Assembly: GCA_964383495.1 (NCBI GenBank)
Contig: CAYLHG010000002.1
Span: 94,137-158,136 of the forward strand
Length of the DNA: 64,000 nt
Reading direction: 5' to 3'
From: an uncultured Gammaproteobacteria bacterium
GTDB taxonomy: Bacteria > Pseudomonadota > Gammaproteobacteria > JABCZS01
Shown here: in pieces, positions 53,134 through 63,534 of the stretch
Layout of the letters: every line of letters begins with the position of its first letter
How positions within the stretch are numbered: the stretch's first letter is position 1
Program-made: the position numbers and the translations under genes
The notes under the pieces: generated by a model
What the model was told of the DNA's origin: nothing
The model's input: only the letters and a program-made list of their open reading frames with translations
Databases searched by the model: none

Positions 53134-55743
53134 TCAATGCGCCTCATCCCAATTAGATCCAACTCCCATGTGCGCCTCTATCGGAACTGTCAACGTGATG
53201 GCTGTTTCCATGTAATGAATAATCGTTTTAGCAATGCGTTCAATATCGCCACCCACTTCAAATACTAATTCATCGTGCACTTGCATAATCATGCGAACAT
53301 CTTCTTTAGATGACATTATCCAATCATCGATAGAAATCATCGCACGTTTAATAATATCCGCAGCCGTTCCTTGCATAGGCGCGTTAATCGCCGCCCGCTC
53401 AGCAGCCATGCGAACCGTGTAATGGCTTGCATTAATATCAGGCAATTCTAATCTTCGCCCCCAAATTGTTTCCACATAACCATGCGTTGATGCAAATGCA
53501 CGCATACGGTCCATGTATGCTTTCACGCCAGGGTAACGTTTAAAATAAATATCCACATATAATTGCGCTTCTTCACGCGTAGTACCTAATTGCTTAGCAA
53601 GCCCGAAAGCACTCATGCCATAAATCAACCCGAAATTAATCGCTTTCGCACGGCGGCGTGCTTCTTTTGTGACATTCTCTACAGATGTGTCAAACACTTC
53701 TGCGGCTGTAGCCGTATGAACATCTACTTTATTATGGAATGCTTTAATTAAAGTAGGATCTTCTGATAAATGCGCCATAATGCGCAATTCAATTTGTGAG
53801 TAATCGATGGCTAATATTTTTTTACCTTCCGGCGCAGTAAACGCTTTTCTAATATCACGCCCTGCTTGTGTGCGAATAGGAATATTTTGCAAGTTGGGGT
53901 CAGAAGAAGATAATCTTCCCGTCGCCGTCACTGCTTGATGATAAGAGGTATGCACACGCCCCGTTTCTTCATTAATCTGCTCTGGCAATTTATCCGTGTA
54001 GGTTGATTTTAATTTACTGATACTGCGATACTCCAAAATTAAAGCCGGTAATGGATATGTTGCAGCTAATGATTGTAAAACACTTTCGCTGGTAGAAGCT
54101 TGGCCTGTAGGCGTTTTCTCAACAATAGGATAACCCATTTTATCGAATAAAATCCATTGCAATTGTTTTGGAGAATCAATGTTAAAAGACTCACCACTGA
54201 GCTTGAAAATATCTGCTTCAACGATTGATAACCGATGCGCTAATGCTTCACTTTGCAATCTTAACATTGCCTCATCCACACCGACGCCAATGTGTTCCAT
54301 TCTAGCTAAAACAGTTAATAATGGCATTTCCAGTTGTTTAAATAGTTCTGCAGGCTTATCTTTTTCTTGCAACAATGGCCACAACACTTCGTGCGCACGC
54401 AAAATATAATCCACTGCTTCACAGGCAACATGCGTTGCTTTTTCTACGTCTAATTCACCAAACGTTTTTTTTCCATTATTTTCTAATGTATGCCCACAAT
54501 ATTCTTGTATCAACTCAACCAATTCATGGCGCCTTCCAACGCTACTATACATGTACGATTCCAACATCGTATCAAATCGCAACCCTTGTAATTGCACATG
54601 ATAATTCCACAACACCATTTGCGCATATTTTAAATGGTGCCCTATTTTTTGAATTTCAGGATTTTCTAATATCGGCTTTAATAATGCTAATGTTTTTTCT
54701 GAAAAGGGAAGATAACATGCTTCCCCTGCTTTTTTGGCTAACGCAATTCCCAGCATACGCGCAGAGCGAGGCGCAATACTATCGGCTTTGATCTCCAAAC
54801 ACATTTGTTGAGATTGCTGAATATCCATCAACCATTTTTTGATTTCAACTTCATCAGTAATGCATTGATAATGCGATCGCTGTTCAACTACCGCTTCACC
54901 GCCTAATTCATTCATCCATGACTTAAATTGAAACTGCTCAAACCATTTTTTCAAAACAGGTTTATCTATTTCACTGCGCTTGAGATCTTCAATGGCAATA
55001 GGAATATCCATGTCGCAAAGTAATGTGACTAATTTTTTTGACAATGGCAACGTAGCAATGCTGTCACGCAAATACTCTCCGACTTTCCCACTGATTTTAT
55101 CTGCATGCATCAGTAAATTATCTAACGTGTCATATTCACCCAACCATTTTGCCGCTGTTTTAGGTCCCACTTTAGGCACACCGGGAATATTATCTGAAGA
55201 ATCACCAATTAATGATAAATAATCGATGATTTGATTAGGCCGCACACCAAATTTTTCTAATACACCCTGAGGATCTAATACCTGCCCTGTCATGGTATTC
55301 ACCAATGTAATTTCTTTGCTAACCAATTGTGCTAAATCTTTATCGCCGGTGGAAATCAACACCGGTATGCCAGCATCGCGCGCTTTGCAAGCCAACGCAG
55401 CAATGATGTCGTCTGCTTCTATACCCTGCATCACAATGAGTGGCACACCCATCGCACGAATAATGGCACGTAAAGGTTCAATTTGCGGAATTAATGTCTC
55501 AGGCATCGGGGGACGGTGCGATTTATATTCAGGGAAAATTTGGTGCCGAAATGTTTTTTCTTTACTATCAAACACAACGGCCATGTACAGGGGTGCTTCT
55601 TCTTTTAATAATTTACGCAGCATGTTAACTACGCCGTAAATAGCACCCGTAGGCTCGCCTTGCTTGTTAGTCAGGGCAGGTAAAGCGTGATAGGCGCGAT
55701 ACAGATACGAGCTACCATCAATCAGCACAAATGGCTTGGACAT
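53134..55743 (-). CDS. polA: DNA polymerase I.
   Basis: 5'-3' exonuclease, 3'-5' exonuclease and polymerase domains, with the C-terminus HYMETAI...VGSNWDEAH. Start at MSKPFVLIDG with an AGGAG SD. Confidence 0.9.
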   Translation of the reverse strand: MSKPFVLIDGSSYLYRAYHALPALTNKQGEPTGAIYGVVNMLRKLLKEEAPLYMAVVFDSKEKTFRHQIFPEYKSHRPPMPETLIPQIEPLRAIIRAMGVPLIVMQGIEADDIIAALACKARDAGIPVLISTGDKDLAQLVSKEITLVNTMTGQVLDPQGVLEKFGVRPNQIIDYLSLIGDSSDNIPGVPKVGPKTAAKWLGEYDTLDNLLMHADKISGKVGEYLRDSIATLPLSKKLVTLLCDMDIPIAIEDLKRSEIDKPVLKKWFEQFQFKSWMNELGGEAVVEQRSHYQCITDEVEIKKWLMDIQQSQQMCLEIKADSIAPRSARMLGIALAKKAGEACYLPFSEKTLALLKPILENPEIQKIGHHLKYAQMVLWNYHVQLQGLRFDTMLESYMYSSVGRRHELVELIQEYCGHTLENNGKKTFGELDVEKATHVACEAVDYILRAHEVLWPLLQEKDKPAELFKQLEMPLLTVLARMEHIGVGVDEAMLRLQSEALAHRLSIVEADIFKLSGESFNIDSPKQLQWILFDKMGYPIVEKTPTGQASTSESVLQSLAATYPLPALILEYRSISKLKSTYTDKLPEQINEETGRVHTSYHQAVTATGRLSSSDPNLQNIPIRTQAGRDIRKAFTAPEGKKILAIDYSQIELRIMAHLSEDPTLIKAFHNKVDVHTATAAEVFDTSVENVTKEARRRAKAINFGLIYGMSAFGLAKQLGTTREEAQLYVDIYFKRYPGVKAYMDRMRAFASTHGYVETIWGRRLELPDINASHYTVRMAAERAAINAPMQGTAADIIKRAMISIDDWIMSSKEDVRMIMQVHDELVFEVGGDIERIAKTIIHYMETAITLTVPIEAHMGVGSNWDEAH

Positions 55744-55800
55744 AAGAGGCTCCTGTGAAAGAAGCATTTTACATCACTTTTTACCATCCGGGGATGATTA

Positions 55801-56451
55801 CTAAGGGGTAGGGCTACTTGTGGCTGTAGTTTGCTCTTCTGTGCTTCCGGGGCTTTGAGGCTCATCAGTAGCTGCAGTAACCTGAGCCTCAGTACCCTGA
55901 CGATATTTATCGTATGCTACCGTCCTCCTTCCATCCATATCAAACCATGGTGTCTGGCACCAGTCAGCAAAAGATTTTAGCGCAGGCACAATGGAGGGCA
56001 TGGTCCACAATGTCAAAAGACCAGAAAGCACAATAGGGAAAATATAATCATTTTTTTCATTATCAGCTCCTGAGGCTGCTTCCTCGAAGCCTAACACTGC
56101 CCACGTTAATAACACCACACAAGATAAAAAACAAAGGACACCCGGAATGCTTTCCCACAAAGCCTCAACTTTAGGTGTCTTCTTCTGCAGGGCTTCGCGC
56201 TCTTCTTGTTCCTCGAGTCTATCAGCATCACAAGCCCGCACTAAATGCGATAAACCCTGTAAAACCAATGCAGCCGAAAGTAAACAAGCATTATAGTCGC
56301 TGACATATGTAACAGTACCAAGCTCTTCTTCATAAGCTACACAAAGGGCTGCCGCAGCAAAACAACTCAAGGCAATGCCAATATGCAATACAGTTATGGG
56401 CGTTGGCGTGTGGATATACATACTACAACCGCCTATACGTAAAAACGACAT
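55801..56451 (-). CDS. Hypothetical membrane protein (216 aa, about 4 TM) with a Ser/Thr/Pro/Glu-rich C-terminal tail.
   Basis: Clean ORF between polA and zapE with no recognisable motif. Confidence 0.4.
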   Translation of the reverse strand: MSFLRIGGCSMYIHTPTPITVLHIGIALSCFAAAALCVAYEEELGTVTYVSDYNACLLSAALVLQGLSHLVRACDADRLEEQEEREALQKKTPKVEALWESIPGVLCFLSCVVLLTWAVLGFEEAASGADNEKNDYIFPIVLSGLLTLWTMPSIVPALKSFADWCQTPWFDMDGRRTVAYDKYRQGTEAQVTAATDEPQSPGSTEEQTTATSSPTP

Positions 56452-56575
56452 GATACCCCCTGCAAATTATTAATCAATAGTCACGAATTAATAGATCTCT
56501 AATTTATCATATACTTAGCTAGATTTCAAGATATTTTAAATTGCCACCTTTTGTGTCCTATGCTATTCTCCCTCC

Positions 56576-57640
56576 ATGAAGACTCAAACTTATTCAAGCA
56601 CTTATCCAATTTATATCGAAAAGCTTCAACATAAAGGGATAACGCCTGATACCGGTCAGGAATCGGCCTTGCGTGCCTTAAGTAGCCGCGCTACCGCCCT
56701 GGAACACCCCTTGCAACGTCTTTTGCGCCAGTTTCATCTGCTTCCCTCTCCTAAGGGATTATATTTTTGGGGTGGCGTTGGGCGTGGCAAAACCCTGCTC
56801 ATGGACCTTTTTTTTGAAAATCTCAATATACGCCATAAAAAACGTCTGCATTTTCATGACTTCATGCACACGATTCATAAAGAACTCAGAAAGTACGCGG
56901 GGAAAGCTGACCCATTAAAAAAAATTGCGCAACAATGGCGCTGCGAGTGTGCAGTATTGTGTTTAGATGAATGCACTGTTGATGATGTTGCAGACGCTTT
57001 AATTTTAGGGGAATTGCTCAAACATTTTTTAAAAGCGGGTATTGTTTTCATTACTACTTCCAATACTCGGCCTGATCAACTTTATAAAAACGGTGTGCAA
57101 CGTCATTTATTTTTAAAAGCCATTGATGCCATTAACAAACATTGCGACATCATCGAAGTAGATAATGGTGAAGATTATCGTCACCGTACCTTACCTTATG
57201 AGGCAATGTATTTACCAGAATCGCAATCAAAAGATATCAAAACATTATTTAACCATTTAGCAACAGGGCGAGTAGTATGGGACCACACTATCATGGTTGA
57301 TGAGCGCCCAATTCGTGTGAAAGCGATGGCGCATCGCATGATTTGGTTTGATTTTGAAGCAATTTGCGTTACTGCACGTTCAACACCTGATTATCTTGCG
57401 CTTGTTAAACAATTTGATACTTTTTTTATTACACATGTCCCTATCTTATTTGAACAAGATATTAATCCAACAAGACGATTTGTCCATTTAATTGATGTGA
57501 TTTACGATCACGGTTGTCATTTAGTATTAAGCGCCGAAACGGACCCTAGCTCTTTATATCAAGGCGAAACCTTAAAAAGTGAATTTTTAAGAACAGCCAG
57601 TCGGTTAAAAGAATTAGAAACTAGAACTCGGCTTGGCTGA
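56576..57640 (+). CDS. zapE: Cell-division ATPase ZapE (AFG1/YhcM family).
   Basis: Walker A GGVGRGKT and Walker B LCLDE. AFG1-like length. Confidence 0.8.
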   Translation: MKTQTYSSTYPIYIEKLQHKGITPDTGQESALRALSSRATALEHPLQRLLRQFHLLPSPKGLYFWGGVGRGKTLLMDLFFENLNIRHKKRLHFHDFMHTIHKELRKYAGKADPLKKIAQQWRCECAVLCLDECTVDDVADALILGELLKHFLKAGIVFITTSNTRPDQLYKNGVQRHLFLKAIDAINKHCDIIEVDNGEDYRHRTLPYEAMYLPESQSKDIKTLFNHLATGRVVWDHTIMVDERPIRVKAMAHRMIWFDFEAICVTARSTPDYLALVKQFDTFFITHVPILFEQDINPTRRFVHLIDVIYDHGCHLVLSAETDPSSLYQGETLKSEFLRTASRLKELETRTRLG

Positions 57641-60600
57641 CACAGTCGCACTGCTTGAAGAATAGGCATGAGAAGCATTGAAGCGATAAAGCAAACTTTT
57701 CCCTTTTGAAAGTCCCTCGTCATTTAAACAATCCTTTTGAGCCTTATATGCAAGAGGTGGCATTGTTCGAGAAAAGCAAACAGTCATCGCATCTTTTATC
57801 ATCTCATAGGTATATTGAGCGTCATTTCCAATGATGGTTGATCTTAATTCAAAATCAGCGTACATGCGTTTCTTGTTTTTCTCAAAATCATCACAAACCT
57901 TTCTAGCCTCATTTTCAGATTCTGCCTTTAAGAGTGGTTGAGTGAGATTACTATTGATTTTCATATCTATATAATTTAAAAACAATATCCTAAACTGATC
58001 TTTGATATGAGCATCTATCCTGGTTGTATCACATCGTAGCAACTTCAAACCTGATATTAAACTTTCTTTTGATTGCCTATAATGCTCATATTCAACCTTG
58101 AGCATCTCTTTCAATATTTCAGAACGAATTTGACTGAATTTAGCGTTGTCTGATTCTATTTCTAACAATTTTGACAAAATACCTAAACCTACGTTAAATT
58201 TAAAAAGCTCATTTTTTAAAAATAAACGAGTGATTTCTGGAACTACTTCTTTTATTTGTTCTCCGACTTTACTATCAACCTGGCCATGATCAATTTTATC
58301 AATATCTGCCATTGAATAAAGATACGTTTCTCTCATCAATTCTTCTCTACTATCCATAAATGCTTTGCAAATATCTTCATATTTTTCCTCACAAGAATCT
58401 TCTATAGCCTTTAAAAGATATGCCTTCACAAAACTAACAACTTCATTTTTCAGCATCTTTTCACATAATACGCCAATACCATCTGTCACATTTCTTCTTG
58501 TTGGATCATCAAACCTTGTCTGGATATCTGATTGCGATAAACTCAAAAGCGCTCCCCATCCTGAACAAGCTTGAATCGCGTCGATCCGACCATCACGGTG
58601 AGAATCTTTTGGAAAATCGCTGACAAACACGGCTATCTTTTCAATCAACTCTCTGTCAAGATGTTTATTAATTTCTTGCTGCGCTTCCCTGTCTGCTATA
58701 CCTAAAGCATTTGCTATTCTCATGATATGTGATTTTTCACTCAAAAACCAACGAATTAAATTATCATTATCTGAACGATGATGTGAAAATTTATAACGAA
58801 AACTTTTTGCTAATTTTTCGCACAACATGGTTAATTTTGTTTTCAACCTATCATTAAATAGGTCAGATAAATTAAATTCCAGCACCTTATCTATTTCAGA
58901 AAATCGAGCTTTCATCTCTGAAACACGGGGCTCTGGGTTATCAGATTGAGCTATTGAATATATTGCGTCTCTCATTTTCTCACGCACTAGTGATAATATT
59001 CCCTTTTTTTCAGTTTTGAATTTTTCATCCTTGTATTTATTATCTCTATACTCCCCATACACTCTCAGCATAGCTGAATGTATTTTTTCGTTAACCATTG
59101 AATTTAAATCACCAACAGTTTTTCTTATTGCTAACACTTCGCCCAATTCTTTACAAACAAATTCGGCAACCTCATTTTTTATTAAATTTGATCTTAATAT
59201 GTATTGATCAATGACTTTGTCATATAATTTATCTAATTTTTCATATGTTATTTCAAAATGTTTTATAATATCATAAAGTTCATTTTTGAACTCTGCTATA
59301 TTCGACACAACACTCATATAATAAGCAACTTTTTCATCAGCATTTTTATATGAAATTTCACTCATTTTTAATTTAAATTCTTTCAAAGATTCATGCACTA
59401 ATTTTTCAACAAAATACAAGAGTTCATTTGCAAGCATGGACTTAATAAATTGGTTATTCACAATACAAGGCGCACAATTTTTAGAAAAATCTTGATTGTA
59501 GTTTTCCTGAAATTTCTTAAAAAGATCTAGCTTCTTCTGAAGATCATGCTCTTTCTCAAAAGGAATTACTAGTCTTTCTTCTATAATACGCGCGACAATG
59601 ACAAAATGAATCGAAATTGTTGATAATATTTTCACCGGAGAATTAAGATGTTTGATTTGATCAGCTGTTATTTGAAAACCTAACATTTTGCTTAATACAG
59701 TCGAAAACGCATTGCTGTTTTCTTCATTAAACATCATGATTGCCGATGAATCACTCGGTTTTAATAACTTAATAATCACAGGAATATAGTTAATATTTCT
59801 GAGAATCATTCCATATTCATGTCTATTTGCAAACTCGGCGTCAGACGCGATTACTTCCAATCGCTTGATGAATGTTTTGTTGGTTGCGACATGCGATAAA
59901 ATATCCAAAAGATCAACATCTTTCGTCATCTCTTGAATCGTATTAACGCACTGCTCCATGCGCTGAGAAAATCCACCCACACGCATTTCATTGTCATCGA
60001 TGGGTGGTTTTACCTCAAAAAATAATTTAGCCCAACACACAACCATCACTTGCAATACAACAACTATTTCAATAGCTAAACGAACATCAGCTATTATGTC
60101 GCCATGTTCACGTAAGTACCTTGTTACATTCGCAGGAATGGGGTTTAGTGTCGCTGCACTGCTAATCATGTCACCAAAACTGTTCATTTCAGCAAAGGCA
60201 AAAATAGGCTTTCTTGTACTCTCAATCTCCAAAAGCATTCTTTTGGTAGTAACTGCTGCCAAAAATACAAGTGCATCGGACGATTTGAGTGTATTATGCA
60301 AATAGATTAATTGTGATAACAGTTCCAATAATACTTGTTTATTATATAGTTCTGTATAGACAGCAGGGCGTTGGAATTCTTCTCTCAGCGCTCTCATGCT
60401 TTGTTCATCGTTAAAAAATGATCCGTGCATCATCAAAAGCTTGGCCAACTTAGCTTTGGGCAATCTGTGTAAATTGTCTATAAACTCCTCAACTGTTTTC
60501 ATTTCATCAAATGCATAGATATCACTACTCAAATAATCTTGCAGCACCCTAAGAACTCTGCTGAGCGCCGGCGCACCGGATATATCTAAATTGGGGGTAG

Positions 60601-60709
60601 ACAACGTGTTCTTAACTGCATTAAGGGCGTCCAAAAATGCCCGTAACGATTTTTGCTCTGTTGTCAGTTCAGGAGAGGAAAAAAAACTAAACATATCATT
60701 GGGATCCAC
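57614..60709 (-). CDS. Large hypothetical protein (1031 aa); very AT-rich, predicted all-helical orphan.
   Basis: Uninterrupted 3.1-kb ORF with no recognisable motif. Strong compositional contrast with the flanking zapE and uvrD genes. Confidence 0.55.
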   Translation of the reverse strand: MDPNDMFSFFSSPELTTEQKSLRAFLDALNAVKNTLSTPNLDISGAPALSRVLRVLQDYLSSDIYAFDEMKTVEEFIDNLHRLPKAKLAKLLMMHGSFFNDEQSMRALREEFQRPAVYTELYNKQVLLELLSQLIYLHNTLKSSDALVFLAAVTTKRMLLEIESTRKPIFAFAEMNSFGDMISSAATLNPIPANVTRYLREHGDIIADVRLAIEIVVVLQVMVVCWAKLFFEVKPPIDDNEMRVGGFSQRMEQCVNTIQEMTKDVDLLDILSHVATNKTFIKRLEVIASDAEFANRHEYGMILRNINYIPVIIKLLKPSDSSAIMMFNEENSNAFSTVLSKMLGFQITADQIKHLNSPVKILSTISIHFVIVARIIEERLVIPFEKEHDLQKKLDLFKKFQENYNQDFSKNCAPCIVNNQFIKSMLANELLYFVEKLVHESLKEFKLKMSEISYKNADEKVAYYMSVVSNIAEFKNELYDIIKHFEITYEKLDKLYDKVIDQYILRSNLIKNEVAEFVCKELGEVLAIRKTVGDLNSMVNEKIHSAMLRVYGEYRDNKYKDEKFKTEKKGILSLVREKMRDAIYSIAQSDNPEPRVSEMKARFSEIDKVLEFNLSDLFNDRLKTKLTMLCEKLAKSFRYKFSHHRSDNDNLIRWFLSEKSHIMRIANALGIADREAQQEINKHLDRELIEKIAVFVSDFPKDSHRDGRIDAIQACSGWGALLSLSQSDIQTRFDDPTRRNVTDGIGVLCEKMLKNEVVSFVKAYLLKAIEDSCEEKYEDICKAFMDSREELMRETYLYSMADIDKIDHGQVDSKVGEQIKEVVPEITRLFLKNELFKFNVGLGILSKLLEIESDNAKFSQIRSEILKEMLKVEYEHYRQSKESLISGLKLLRCDTTRIDAHIKDQFRILFLNYIDMKINSNLTQPLLKAESENEARKVCDDFEKNKKRMYADFELRSTIIGNDAQYTYEMIKDAMTVCFSRTMPPLAYKAQKDCLNDEGLSKGKSLLYRFNASHAYSSSSATVSAKPSSSF

Positions 60710-60755
60710 TTAAAAAGTGGCTTAGTATATCATTAGCTAGCTACCCACGTCAATT

Positions 60756-62903
60756 CTACGCTGACTCTAACCTTGCGTATCCCAGCACCAGCCACTTAAC
60801 CCCATTCGTTTGAAATTTTACTTGAACCCTTGCATGTGCGCCCTCCCCTTCAAATTGCGTGACAACGCCTTCCCCAAATTTTGGATGCCGCACGCGCGCA
60901 CCTAAACGAAAAGGATATTCTGCATCTATAGCTTTATTTTGAATTTGTTTTACTACCGTTTGAGATCGCGTGACACGCACTTCATTTAAACATTGTGTAG
61001 GTAGTTCCATTAAAAAACGTGAGGGACGATTGTACAATTGTCTTCCATGCATCATGCGAGATTGCGCATAAACTAAAATCAATTTTTGCATCGCACGCGT
61101 CATGCCTACATAACATAACCGCCGCTCTTCCTCTAGTCTCCCAGGTTCGCTGCTCGACATTTCGTGTGGAAATAGCCCTTCCTCCAACCCCGTTAAAAAA
61201 ACCAATGGAAATTCTAGTCCTTTCGCACTATGCAAGGTCATTAATTGAACAGCATCGCTAAAAGCTGCTGCTTGCGCATCACCTGATTCCAACGCCGCAT
61301 GGCTTAAAAAAGATTGCAACGCTGTTCCTGTTTCATTATCTGGCATTTCATATTGTTGCCCGGCAGTGATTAATTCTTCTAAGTTTTCAATTTTGGTTTG
61401 CGCTTTTTCACCTTTTTGAGAACGATAATGCTCCAACAAACCACTTGCTTCTAAAGCAACTGTAATTTGTTCTGCCAACGATAATTCAACCACAGATTCC
61501 TTCATACCAATAATCAAATCAATAAAATGCTGCAACGCGCTGGCTGCACGCGTAGAAAAATGTGAATTTTTCAATAAATCAATGGCAGATTGCCACAATG
61601 ATTTTTCACTGGCTCTTGCATAGCCGCGCAATTCATCTAAAGTGCGATCCCCGATACCTCTCACTGGTAAATTTACCACACGCTCAAATGCAACATCATC
61701 TTCAGGATGCTCCAATAATCGCAAATAAGCGAGTGCATCTTTAATTTCAGCGCGCTCAAAAAAGCGTAAGCCACCGAAGATACGGTAAGGAATATTGGCA
61801 CGAATCAACGCTTCTTCTAATACGCGCGATTGCGCGTTTGAGCGGTACAAAATGGCGCTGTCTTGATAATGTCCATGCGAAATATACCATTGCTGAATGC
61901 GCGAAACAACATAATGCGCCTCATCAATTTCACTAAAAGCAGCATAAACATCGATTAAATCACCGCCTTTTGATTCCGTCCATAACTCTTTTCCCATACG
62001 ATTATCATTAAATCGTATTAAATGATTCGCCGCTTCTAAAATAGTTTGAGTGGATCGATAATTTTGTTCAAGTCGTACAATACGCGCAGAAGGGTAATCT
62101 TGTGTGAAGCGATGAATATTATCTTTTGCACCACGCCAACCATAAATCGATTGGTCATCATCCCCTACAATCATCATATGATTATCTGGACCCATTAACG
62201 CACGCAACCATGCATATTGAATACTGTTCGTATCCTGAAATTCGTCCACTAAAACATGTGAAAACCGCTGACGGTAATGCGCTAAAATGTCCGGATGATT
62301 TCGCCACAATTCATGCGAGCGCAATAATAATTCTGCAAAATCCACCAAACCCATACGCTGGCACGCTTCTTCATACGCAACATAAATGCTGTGCAATGTT
62401 CGGCTGGGCATATCATAACCCGGCGAAATATGTGCTGCACGCAATCCTTCATCTTTTTTTTGATTAATGTAATGTTGCACTTGCCGTGGCGGAAAACGAT
62501 CATCATCAATTTCTAATTGCTTCATCACGCGCTTGATTAAACGTTGCTGATCATCACTATCTAATACACCAAACCCTTCAGGCAACCCTGCCTCTGCCCA
62601 ATGCTGCCGCAGTAAACGATGTGATAATCCGTGGAAGGTTCCTACCCACATGCCCATCACAGACATACCCAGCAAGGTCTCGATTCGCTCACGCATTTGT
62701 GCCGCTGCTTTATTAGTGAATGTCACCGCTAAAACCGCATGGGGCGATAAACCGTACGTTTGCAATACCCAAGCAATGCGATGCACTAATACGCGTGTCT
62801 TTCCGCTGCCTGCACCAGCTAGCACGATCAGGTGTTGCGCATCTGCCGCCACGGCAGCCCTTTGCTCTGTATTGAGTGATTCCAAAATCACAGACATGTT
62901 CAT
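60756..62903 (-). CDS. uvrD: DNA helicase II (UvrD).
   Basis: Collinear with E. coli UvrD from the N-terminal GAGSGKTRVLVHRIAW motif to the C-terminal GVKWLVLGYARLES motif. 715 aa. Confidence 0.9.
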   Translation of the reverse strand: MNMSVILESLNTEQRAAVAADAQHLIVLAGAGSGKTRVLVHRIAWVLQTYGLSPHAVLAVTFTNKAAAQMRERIETLLGMSVMGMWVGTFHGLSHRLLRQHWAEAGLPEGFGVLDSDDQQRLIKRVMKQLEIDDDRFPPRQVQHYINQKKDEGLRAAHISPGYDMPSRTLHSIYVAYEEACQRMGLVDFAELLLRSHELWRNHPDILAHYRQRFSHVLVDEFQDTNSIQYAWLRALMGPDNHMMIVGDDDQSIYGWRGAKDNIHRFTQDYPSARIVRLEQNYRSTQTILEAANHLIRFNDNRMGKELWTESKGGDLIDVYAAFSEIDEAHYVVSRIQQWYISHGHYQDSAILYRSNAQSRVLEEALIRANIPYRIFGGLRFFERAEIKDALAYLRLLEHPEDDVAFERVVNLPVRGIGDRTLDELRGYARASEKSLWQSAIDLLKNSHFSTRAASALQHFIDLIIGMKESVVELSLAEQITVALEASGLLEHYRSQKGEKAQTKIENLEELITAGQQYEMPDNETGTALQSFLSHAALESGDAQAAAFSDAVQLMTLHSAKGLEFPLVFLTGLEEGLFPHEMSSSEPGRLEEERRLCYVGMTRAMQKLILVYAQSRMMHGRQLYNRPSRFLMELPTQCLNEVRVTRSQTVVKQIQNKAIDAEYPFRLGARVRHPKFGEGVVTQFEGEGAHARVQVKFQTNGVKWLVLGYARLESA

Positions 62904-62948
62904 GGATAAACCCCTCGGTCTTATGCTAATATTTCCCCTTCAACCACA

Positions 62949-63533
62949 ATGAGGTGCTCTATGTCAACCGTCACTGCCGTCCGCAAAGGCAACCACATCG
63001 CCATCGCCTGCGATACCCTCATCAAATGGGGCAGCGAAAAAAACCCAGCGAAATATGTTGTTAACCATAATAAAATCATTCAGGTGAAAGATAGTTACCT
63101 GGCAGTTACAGGTCCTGCAGCAGGCATCCTCGCACTGCGCCATCATTTTAACACAACCAAAGAAAGATTTTCATTTGACACAGTCGATGATATTTTTCTA
63201 ACGTTTAGAGATTTCCAACATCAGTTAAAAGAATACTATCACTTTGAAAGTAATGAAGAAGAAACAGGCTTTGAGCCCAGCACGCTTTATGTTCTTATTG
63301 TGAACCCTCGCGGTATTTTTGCAGTAGGCTCTTACCGAGATGTACAAGAATTCGAGCGTTTTTATGCTTATGGTTCAGGCAATGAATTTGCGTTAGGCGC
63401 GATGTACCAATGCTATGATGACGCTCAATTAACAGCTGAACAAATTGCTCGCATGGCGATTGAGGCTGCATGTGAATTTGATGATGCTACGGCGGCACCC
63501 GTGATTTCTTACATGATTGAGGCGAAAAAATAA
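62949..63533 (+). CDS. HslV/proteasome-beta-like Ntn-hydrolase family protein, with no hslU nearby.
   Basis: N-terminal STVTAVRKGNHIAIACDT resembles the HslV TTIVSVRRNGHVVIAGD motif. Also YAYGSGNEFALGA versus HslV AIGSGGPYA, and similar length. The start is possibly at 62961 (MSTVT). Confidence 0.55.
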   Translation: MRCSMSTVTAVRKGNHIAIACDTLIKWGSEKNPAKYVVNHNKIIQVKDSYLAVTGPAAGILALRHHFNTTKERFSFDTVDDIFLTFRDFQHQLKEYYHFESNEEETGFEPSTLYVLIVNPRGIFAVGSYRDVQEFERFYAYGSGNEFALGAMYQCYDDAQLTAEQIARMAIEAACEFDDATAAPVISYMIEAKK

Positions 63534-63534
63534 T

